64,000 bases of DNA, from positions 24,672,159 through 24,736,158 of the forward strand of contig NC_057718.1 of the NCBI RefSeq assembly GCF_004010195.1. The letters are read 5' to 3'. Shown piece by piece: positions 24,804-34,949 of the stretch (the stretch's first letter is position 1; each line of letters opens with the position of its first letter). Both the position numbers and the translations under genes were made by a program. The notes beneath the pieces are model-generated. The model had not been told where the DNA came from, searched no databases, and worked only from the letters and a program-made list of their open reading frames with translations. The DNA comes from Chiloscyllium plagiosum (taxonomy: Eukaryota).

Positions 24804-26460
24804 TTTTAGACATTGAGACTTTAGTGTGCCCGGCAATTTAAAATTCTATTGTTTGGTTATAAGATTCTATAATGCTTGTAGATGTCACGTGGTGAAAATA
24901 CATGTTGGATGTTCTTGTGGATGCTTTTGTTCCTACTGCACCATGACTGAAGCTTACTGTAAAGCAGTCCTTACCTGCCATGAACAACTACAGCTTGAAT
25001 CACAGCAAGGTCAAAGTACCAAAAATTGCAAGATTGATTTTTGATTGTGTTTATCCTGGCACATCACACTCTGTCTTGGTTCAAGCAGTCAAGTGAATAC
25101 TCTCTGAATAAAACAGTCTGCCAGTTTGGTTCTGAGAAAGAATTGCTAAATTTAAATCTATGCTAGCTGCCAAATGGATGACACTACTACTCATGATTTA
25201 TATTAATGATGATTTCAGATTTTTATATGATGTAAACCAAGGTCATTTGCTGAGTGCTACCAATAACTTGATCTCACTCCTGCTTTCTGAGCCCTTGGGA
25301 CATAAGGATTTATGAAGGTTTCTATTAGTCTTCATAACACAATTCAAGACCAACGGCACAAAAAGCGAAGTCTACAATGTAATCATGCCACATTCTTATA
25401 TAGTAAGGATCCTTGCTGATCTAAACACACTGACATAAAAAAGCTTTCAGTAACATTAAAACTAAATTGTTTACAGCTTTAGCATTTTAGTTCTGCCTTA
25501 ATTATGTACATCAAGATTTTTGTTCATGTTTGGATTAAAGGACATGTTTCTTCCAAAAATAGTCTTATTTTAAAAGGATTGAATGTCCTTTGCAAAGATC
25601 GCCCTCAAAACCTGAAAAGGAACTCTTAAAGTTGCATTGCTGGATTTTATTAGATTTGATGACGTAAATCATGCCTGTATTTGAAGTAATACATGCTTTG
25701 GCTAATAAAATTTATACAGTAATATAATTGCTCATACTAAATTAGAAATGGAGGCTCTGGAAATCCACAGATGTTTTAATGTCTTTGTGACAAAACATCA
25801 GCAGTTCTCCAAGAGCATGACTGGCATAAAGTGACAATCCTGACATTCAGAGTTTCTGATGCATCAGGCCTTCAGTAGGGCCCAAAGTATGGGTTGGCAG
25901 AAATACCAAGCATAATTCTCAGACATCAGAGATGAGAAAACCATATCAGGCTTTCAGATTGTAATCGTACTTTGGATCTCCAAAGCACTGACACTATAAA
26001 AGAACGACAGTGACTCACCTGCTCGTATAAGAGAGGTCAAAATGTACCAAATTATTGCTTCCAAAAAGGGCTAAGACTTCCAACACAGCATTCAATGGTT
26101 AGGCTTTTTGGATTTATTTGGCAAATGTGAAACCTAGATGTCTCTCTAGTGGTGTGGGGACTCACCTCTGTCAGCAAGATTATGACGCTCCCCCCAGCTC
26201 TGAATGGTGCGATTATCTGAGATTACATCTTGATGTTTTCATTGAAATGTGTCTGTTCAAAGCTAAAGTATCAGGTGAATTTAATACATACACCAGTCAG
26301 CTATGGGTGAGGTAAGGATTTTACACAGCAAGCTTAATCTGACTGGATGTATAATCACATGATTAACCATTAATGCTACTCATGCCACCTCACTTTTTTG
26401 AACAAACTAATTGGAAAGTCATCCATTCATTCCTTTGAAAGCAGTATAAAGAGGGATAGT

Positions 26461-26718
26461 AAGGGCAGTGCTTGTCACTGGCCACCCGGGTGTTTTCCTA
26501 TCTTCCTGGTGGTGGAAATTGAATAAAGATTGGTGCACTTTGTGTCTTTCCCTGTGTCTCACACCTGCACACACACACCAAGGGTGCTGGGGATAAAATA
26601 AGCGCTACCGCACTTAGGCGGTAGTGTGGGGGTTAAGAAAAAAAAAAAAAATAAACAGGACTGTCTGAGGTTCTATATATAAAAAAATAAACAGGAGTGT
26701 CAACATGATAAAAAAAAA
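26461..26718 (+). mobile_element. Poly(A)-tailed retroposed fragment with 15-bp TSD
   Basis: TSD ataaagagggatagt (26446-26460, 26719-26733); 3' hairpin ctaccgc-acttag-gcggtag; three A-tracts. Confidence 0.8.
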
Positions 26719-26815
26719 ATAAAGAGGGATAGTTGCTTGTTGGAAAATATTTATCAGCAAGATAGTTTGACTTATAGAAAACAGTAAATTGTTTCAGGCA
26801 CAAAATACATTTTTT

Positions 26816-27126
26816 TATAGAATCCCTCTAGTGTGGAAGCAGACCATTTGGCCCATCAGGTCCACACTGAATCTCTGAAGAGCATCCCACCCAGACGCAA
26901 AACCCTGTCCTATCCCTGTATTTCCCTTGGCTAACTCACACATCCCTGGGCAATTTTGCATGGCCAATATACCTAACTTGCACGTATTCAGACTGTGGGA
27001 GGAAACCCACACAGTCATGGGGAGAACGTGTAAGTTCCACACTGACAGTCACTTGTGGGTGGAATAGAACCTGGGTCCCTGGTGCTGAGAGGTAGCAATG
27101 TTAACCATTGAGCCACTATGCTGCCC
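26816..27126 (-). mobile_element. HE1-type V-SINE
   Basis: tRNA head gggcagcatagtggctcaatgg, V-domain, CR1-like tail. Confidence 0.9.
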
Positions 27127-27465
27127 TAGTTTTCCAGTGAGGCAATTAAGAACTGGTGTGCCGGGGGAGGAACTCCTGTTTTTGCCAAATTACCATTGAC
27201 CTTGAGACCAATGCCTTACAATATCTAGTGATAAATATAAATGTCACGTTCAACAGAGCTGTCTACACAATCATGAAATGTTTGATGTTTTCACCTGGTC
27301 CACTAAGGCATAAGATTCCAGGACACCCCTATTAGTATTATATATTACCCGTACCTAGCTTATGGTATTACCTCCATCTTATACAATTTTTGGAATTTTG
27401 ATGAACTTCTGTGCAAATCCATACGTGAAAACAATCATCTCTTGTAAGTCTTCCTCATCACACAT

Positions 27466-28120
27466 TCTGAGGGGTATTAACAGAATAGATGTTGAGAAGC
27501 TGTTTCTATTTGTGAGGAACCTCAAACAAAGGATGAATGTAACCAGAAAGGGGGAAATTCATTTAAAACTGAGATGTGAAGGAATTTCCTCTCCAAGAGG
27601 GTAGTGAATGTCTGGAATTATCTAACTCAGAGAATTGTGGAAGTTAGATCATAAAAAGCTTTTAAAAAGGAGATGGATACATTAGATTACCTGCAGTGTG
27701 AAAACTGGCCATTTGGCCCAACAAGTCCACACTGACTCTCCAAAGAGTAAGCCATTCCCCTACTTTATCTTTATCCCTGACTAATGTACCTAACACTATG
27801 GGCAATTTAGCACGACCAATTCATGTTACCTGCGCATCTTTGGACAGTGGAAGGAAACCCAAGCAGACACAGGGAGAATATGCAAGCTCCACACAGATAG
27901 TCACCCAAGGCAGGAACCAAACCTGGTCGCAGGTACTGTGAGGCAGCAGTGCTAACCACTGAGCCACCATGCCATCCCAAAGTTTTTGAAATATTGGGGA
28001 GTTGACAGCTATGCTGAGCTGGCATGTAAGAGACCGGGGCAGATCAGCTGTGACCTTGTTGGATAGTAGGCTATGCTTGAGGGACCGAACTGCCTTATCC
28101 TGATCCCATTTCTTATGTTT
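27466..28120 (+). mobile_element. Old CR1-type 3' end interrupted by a SINE
   Basis: ILRGINRIDVEKLF; tail cctgatcccatttcttatgtt. Confidence 0.65.
27682..27978 (-). mobile_element. HE1-type V-SINE
   Basis: ggcatggtggctcagtggttagcactgctgcctcacag head; V-domain. Confidence 0.92.
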
Positions 28121-28734
28121 GTATTTTAACTACATTCTCCACCAAGAAATCCTTCTACGTGCTGTAACTGCATTAGTTATGTTTGTGTAATTACACTTAT
28201 CACGATATGTTGAAACATGGATATCCCTGCATGCCCTCCTGACAATTATAATTTCTCAGACCGTATGTGTTGCTTGTAGACAAGATTTAACTGAAAATGC
28301 AGATGAAGTGATCTCTTAGTGCCTACCTGGATGTTCATAGCAGCTCTGCTTTACCTTACTTTTTTGTGCTTTTCATTCCCAGGCAGAGATATCAGACTCA
28401 CATTATTTCTGTCTTACTTTGCTATTTAGAGCAGACACAAGCCAGGATGCTTGTCATGGTTGCAAGTCACAGTAAGTCAAGAGCAGCCTCTGATATCAGT
28501 CCAACCAGGTTGGCTCTTTCTGCCCTATTGTGGGTTGTTTTCTCTAGAATGAGAGAAAGGCTAGGGTTGAGTGAAGTGAAATTGGGTGGCATAGCTAATA
28601 GCACTGGTACTGGTTGAGGAAAGGTGGTGTGATGTGCTGAACGAGTGCAGGAAGATGGTGATGTGGTAGCGAGATTGGTGTGGGTGCAGAAACCGAGACT
28701 GAGTAATTGTGAGGTAGCAGGGAAGAAATGGTGA

Positions 28735-28915
28735 TATTTACTCTGACTGAGCAGAGAAAGTCATTGATTTATTCTTCCCTGTTGGGCATTCATCAAGATG
28801 GCTGAGACCACAATGACCTGGGTGGTAACTTCAAGCAAGGTTGGCAATGTCTGATGGCATGGCATCCTCTACCAGTCCTTGCTTTGCACCATCCCATCTA
28901 CCAGGACCTTTAGGC
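28735..28915 (-). mobile_element. Decayed Harbinger-type Myb/SANT ORF remnant
   Basis: Manual translation VLVDGMVQS...LEVTTQVIVVSAILMNAQQGR/KINDFLCSVR resembles the Harbinger trihelix motif (W-EVA--V---S---R---QCRKK-NDL); contains a stop and a frameshift. Confidence 0.45.
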
Positions 28916-29332
28916 ACCTGTCCACAATGCACAATGTAAATTTACACTTATTTAAACAAAGATGAAACGTTATGGGGACTGCAGGGCAGTGCCAGACTTA
29001 CAGTGCTTCTCTGTGTGCACAACAGTGTTATAAAGATGACACCATTGCCAGGGATGCTGAGGTATCCCGGGATAGTAGGATAGTGGCTACAGCAACTTGG
29101 AGAATCAGTTGCATGAGGGACAGTGTGAGGGTATACAGGCAGATAATGAGGTGAGTTTGGGACAGTATAGCAAGAACTCTCACGAGGTCTTGTGGAGAGA
29201 AGCTCTTCAAGAAACTCATTGTAATTGATGTAGCCAAAATATGGTGAGGTTCAATCCCTTGTGTCCCTTTATCTCTGTTTGTATTGACAGACAAACACCA
29301 TAGAGCTTTCCAACAAAAACCATTTGCTTAAA

Positions 29333-29638
29333 AGGGTGGCATAGTGGCACGGTGGTTAGCGCTGCTGCCTCACAGCACCAGAGACCTGGGTTCAATTCCT
29401 GCCTCAGGCGACTGTCTGTGTGGAGTTTGCACATTCTCCCCGTGTCTGCGTGGGTTTCCTCTGGGTGCTCCGGTTTCCTCCTACAGTCCAAAAATGTGCA
29501 GGTTAGGTGAATTGGCCATGCTGAATTGCCCATAGTGTTGGGTGAGGGGGAATGGGTCTGGGTGGATTGCTCTTAGGAGGGTCGGTGTGGACTTGTTGGG
29601 CCGAAGGACCTGTTTCCACACTGTAAGTAATCCAATCA
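29333..29638 (+). mobile_element. HE1-type V-SINE, young
   Basis: A-box gtggcacggtgg, B-box ggttcaattcc, V-domain tgtgtggagtttgcacattctccccgtgtctgcgtgggtttcc. Confidence 0.95.
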
Positions 29639-29721
29639 TTTACTTCAGGTGTAGGGGCCTCCATCTGCTGAGGTGCGAGGGAGGAGCGAAGGACGTCTGG
29701 GAAAGTTTTAAGTGAGTGAGA

Positions 29722-31544
29722 TCTGGCAAGAAGGATTAGGGAGAACCCAAAGGCATTTTACTGATATGTGAGGAATAAGAGAATGATCAGGGAGAAGATA
29801 GGGCCGATCAGGGATAGCGGAGGGAACTTGTGCGTGAAGTCTGAGCAGACAGGGGAAGCCCTAAATGAGTTTTTTGCTTTGGTTTTCACCAAGGAAAGGG
29901 AACTTGTTGTAAATGAAAACTTTGAGGAGCTGGGATACAGTCTTGACCAGATCAAGATTGATGAAGTTGATGTGCTAGAAATTTTGGAAAAAATTAAGAT
30001 TGATAAGTCCTCAGGGCCAGACCAGATTTATCCTAGGCTGCTCCAGGAAGCGAGAAAGGAAGTTGCTAAGCTGCTGGCGAGGATATTTGCCTCCTGCCTC
30101 TCCACAGGAGTTGTACCAGAGGATTGGAAGGAGGCGAATGTTGTTCCTCTTTTCAAGAAGGGTAATAGGGAAATCCCTGGCAATTACAGACCAGTCAGTC
30201 TTACATCTGTGGTATGCAAAGTTTGGAAAGAATTCTGAGGGATAGGATTTATGATGATTTGGCAAAGCATAGTGTGATTTAAGGCAGTCAGCATGGCTTT
30301 GTAAGGGGCAGGTCATGCCTCACAAATCATATTGAGTTTTTTGAGTAGGTGTCAAGACAGGTCAATGACAGTGGATGTGGTGTATATGGACTTCAGCAAG
30401 GCATTTGATAAGGTTCTCCATGGTAGGCTCATTCATAAAGTCAGGAAGTATGGGAAACAGAGAGATTTGGCTATGTGGATTCAGAATTGGCTGGCTGACA
30501 GAAGGCAGAAGTGGTTGTAGATGGAAAGTATTCTGCCTGGAGGTCAGTGTTGAGTGGGGTCCCACAGGGCTCTGTTCTTTGTAGTTTTTATAAATGACTT
30601 GGATGAGGAGTTTAAGGGATGGGTCAGTAAATTTGCAGATGTCACAAAGGTTGGAGGTGTCATCGATAGTATAGAGGGCTACTGCAGACTGCAGCACGAC
30701 ATAGACAGGATGCAGAGCTGGGCTGAGAAATGGCAGATGGAGTTCAACCTGGATAAATGCGAAGTGATGCGTTTGGAAGGCCGAACTCGAATGCTAAAAT
30801 AGGATTAAAGACAGGATTCTTGGCAGTGTGGAGGAACAGAGGGATCTGGGTGTGCAAGTACATAGATCCCTCAAAGTTGCCACCCAAGTGGATAGGGTTG
30901 TTAAGAAAGCATGTGGTGTTTTGGCTTTCATTAACAGGGGGATTGAGTTTAAGAGCTGCGAGGTTTTGCTGCAGCTCTACAAGTCCCTGGTGAGACCATA
31001 CTTGGAATATTGTGTCCAGTTCTGGTCGCCCTACTATAGGAAAGATACAGAGGCTTTGGAGAGGGTGCAAAGAAGGTTTACCAGGATGCTGCCTGGACTG
31101 GAGGGCTTGCCTTATGAAGAAAGGTTGAATAAGCTCAGACTTTTCTCTCTGGAGAGAAGGAGGAAGCGAGGAGACCTGATCGAGGTGTACAAAATAATGA
31201 GTGGAATAGACAGAGTCAATAGCCAGAGACTTTTCCCCAGGGCAGGATTGACTGGTACGAGGAGTCATAGTTTGAAGATATTAGGAGGAAGGTATAAAGG
31301 AGATGTCAGAGGTAGGTTCGTTGCGCAGAGAATTGTGAATGCATGGAATGCAATGCCAGCGGTGGTGGTGGTAGCAGAGTCACTGGGGACATTTAAGCGA
31401 CTGCTGGACATGCACATGGAGAGCAGTGAGTTGAGGGATGTATAGGTTGTTATTATATTTTACATTAGGATTAAACATCGGCACAACATTGTGGGCCAAA
31501 GGGCCTGTTCTGTGTTTTACTTTTCTATGTCCTATGTTCTATGT
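29722..31544 (+). mobile_element. CR1 LINE ORF2 (RT), 5'-truncated, with stops and frameshifts
   Basis: KSSGPDQIYPRLL, PEDWKEANVVPLFKKG, NYRPVSLTS, YMDFSKAFDKV, FADVTKVG; (TTCTATG)n tail. Confidence 0.96.
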
Positions 31545-32221
31545 AATGATGTCTTCCTTGGCCATATAGAGAAACTAATCAGAAGGATTCTCTTTTAGGC
31601 TCTGAGAAAATAACTTCCATACAACATATTAATCATCTCTCACTTGGGCATTTACCTAAGTTTAAACTTAGGTAAATATACAAGTTGTTAAAAGAAGCAT
31701 GAAAAATAACTTCGACTTTGCAATCGTCTCTGCGCAAAATCTCATTAAAAAAAAGTCTTGGAATGTGACATTCATTTTGGGCATTTACATTCCAAGGGAG
31801 AACACCAACTTGTGTTTCCATAGTACCTGTACTTTAATTAAACTCAGTTCACAGAAGCATTATAAGATAAAATATGATACAGAGTTACATAAGGATATAA
31901 TCAATCAGAAGAGCAAAAGCCTAGTGTAAGAGGGAGGTTTAAAGGGAGTGTCTCAAAGAAGGGAAGTAAGGTAGAGAGGCAAAGAGATATAGGGAGGGAA
32001 TTTAAGGTAATGGTAATGGAAGGCGTGACCATCAATGGTAAAGCAGGAATAGAATGCTATGACAGGAAGTAGTAACAGGATCTGCTATTCTCAGCTCATG
32101 AGGATAGATGTCTAGGCAACAAGGGATAACATCTACAGTGTGTGGAAACATTGCCAAGTGTCATCATGCATGATGGTCATGAGTCAGCTGAATCCTGAGG
32201 GACTAATAGATTTTTTGTTTT

Positions 32222-33480
32222 GGGGATCTAAGATGGCGGTGATTTGAGAAGATCACACTGCAGAGCTTCGCATCGCAGCAGGAGCAGGACAGTCCTTTAA
32301 CCCACCCAGCCCAGGTCATCAGGATTTCTTGGGGTGTTGGAAAGATTGTGGAGCCCCAAGAAACATTTAAAAATTGACTTACCTGTATTTTCAGGCTGTC
32401 CAGAAATGCCTAAAAAGGGAGGAGGAGCATCTGAGGCCGGGCCTGCAGCTTAGCCTGCAGCAGCCTCAGAGCAGATTACTCTCCAGGACCTGGTGAACCA
32501 GCTCTCGAAATCTTGCGGGATGTTGGAGAAACAGATTGAAGAGAAGCTGGCTCTAGTCTCTCTCATGCTGCAGAAGCATGAGCAGCAGTTGGGAGACCTG
32601 GAGCAGAGGACGGATGAGGTGGAGCACAGGGTCACAGTGGGGGAAGCTGATGCCAGTTCATTCAAGGAAGAGATCCAAGCCCTGAAGACGCAGGTTCGTA
32701 ATTTGCGTGACCAAGTGGATGATCTTGAAAACAGGGGCAGGAGAAAAATCATTCGGATCATCGGTCTGCCCGAGGGTAAGGAGGGTGAGCGGCCTGTGGA
32801 ATTTGTTGAAGATTGGCTTCCGAAATTCCTTGACTTGGAGACTGGCATGAGAGGATTGAAGATAGAGAGGGCTCACCGGGTCGCGACATGGAGGTCGGGT
32901 CTGGGTCAACGTCCTCATCCTTTCCTGGTGCGATTCCATCATTACCGGGGTAAGGAGAGAGTCATGGTGGCTTCCAGACACCAGGGGAAGGATCCAAAGG
33001 CCCTAATTTACAAGGGGTCTAAGATCAGGTTTTTTTCAGGACTTTTCAGCGGCGGTGATCCAGAAACAAAAATAGTATGATGGTGTCAAGAGAAGATTGA
33101 AGAAGCTTGGGATTCAGTACGCCCTGAGATATCCGGCAGTGCTTTGGATCACCTTAGATGGATCCATGAATTTCTTTGACACATCGGAGAAGACAAGAGA
33201 CTTTGTGGACAAACTAACCTAAGTTAAACAATTGTAGTATGTATAAATATCGTTGCTTGGGTATGCGTTTATCATTCTGTAAAAGAAATGGAGGAAATCC
33301 GGTTGGAGCTTTGTTTTTTCCCTTTTTCTTTTACCTCTATTGATAATAATTTGGTTCAAACTATGTCTGGCGGTGGTTAAGATGTACATTTTAAATTTCT
33401 AAGTTAGGACATACTAAAGGATGGGTGGGGTATTTATTCCCCCTTTTTTCTATATAAAAGATTTTTTGCTTCATAAATCC
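32222..33480 (+). mobile_element. L1-clade element 5' part: 5'UTR plus ORF1 pseudogene, no ORF2
   Basis: Starts ggggatctaagatggcgg; ATG 32406, in-frame TAG 32451, coiled coil then DDLENRGRRKIIRIIGLPEG and IERAHR (L1 ORF1 RRM motifs); frameshift at T-run ~33030. Confidence 0.9.
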
Positions 33481-34237
33481 ATAGTTCTTGTGCATAGGAG
33501 CTCTGAGTTGCCAAAGAACAATCAATGACCAAATGCAAAATTCTACAAATACTAGAAATCTGAAAATAAAAATGAAAGAAAAAGCTAAAATAAGTCAGCA
33601 GATCAAATTAATCCAGATAATAATTTAACAGCTTGAAACATTGTCTGAAACTATTTCAGTTGCAGAATCTTTCTGGAAATGCTGACTATTTGTAGCATTT
33701 TCTATTTTTGTTTGCAAAATTACTTTGATTCTTGAGAAACCCTGCATCAGAAAGGTTCAAGTGCCTCCTCACACTGTTGTCAACTGTTCACAGGAAAATA
33801 ATTAAGTTTCTATCTCTGCCAAAGAAAAAACATTAATCACTTATTTCCTACACCTGGGCATCAGAAATTGACTTCTGTTTTTAACTTGCTCCCCTGTGGA
33901 AGAACAAGTTTGAGGAATAAAAGTTTATAACTGCAGTGACCTTGGCAGATATCATTAGCACAGATGGGACTATCTTGCATTTTGGCTGCATGAACCACCT
34001 TGCTTTGTATATACTTTATGAAGTGCACAAGAGTAATGTTACCCATAACATTCACTTAAAAACAAAATTTATTGTGTTTTGATCAGAGCTGGAAGAGTTC
34101 ACTGTTGTTCGAGTCCCACTACTCCATCGGTCACAAAATAATAATAAATGGATATTTTCCAGCTGCTGAGTTGACCAATTAAATAGTTTATCTATATGAG
34201 GCTTTAATTAAAAAGATATATTAATCAGATCTCTTTA

Positions 34238-34480
34238 ATAGAGTCATAGAGTCATAGAGATGTACAGCATGGAAACAGACCCTTCGGTCCAATCTATCCA
34301 TGCCGACCAGATATCCTAACCCAATCTAGTCCCACCTGCCAGCACCTGACCCATATCCCTCCAAACCCTTCCTATTCATATACCCATTCAAATGCCTCTT
34401 AAATGTTGCAATTGTACCAGCCTCCACCACATCCTCTGGCAGCTCATTCCATATACATACCACCCTCTGCGTGAAAAATT
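34238..34480 (-). mobile_element. HER1/CR1 3' tail
   Basis: FFTQRVVCIWNELPEDVVEA; (CTATGACT)n tail. Confidence 0.92.
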
Positions 34481-34949
34481 CCTCTCCAATTCTTTTTTCA
34501 TATCTTTTTAGAATTGAAGTCATCAAATACTCTAAATTTTTAAAAATCATCTGTAATTAGAATCATCTCTGATAATAGGTAAAGACAATGACTGCAGATG
34601 CTGGAAACCAAATTCTGGATTAGTGGTGCTGGAAGAGCACTAAATGCAAGATTTGGTTTATTATCAAAATAAAACATCTGCAATGGAGACAAAATAACCT
34701 ATTGATACATACAGTTGGTCTGATGCACATATATATGTTTATCACTAATTAAATTAAACCAAACACCCAAATATGCACATTCACTTCAGGAAAAGAGACA
34801 AACAAATCTCTCTGTAAAAGATTGAATTTAAAAAAAAACTTTCTAGTCATATGGTTATTCTTGAAGACAATAAGGATAAAATGTGGAAGGTTCAGAAAAC
34901 TGTTGATCTGATATTCTAGCATGCCTGGGAAAGTCACCAATTATACCCA

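Noticed and set aside
29333..29410. tRNA-like A/B boxes here and in other SINE heads
   Set aside because: Parts of tRNA-derived SINEs, not tRNA genes
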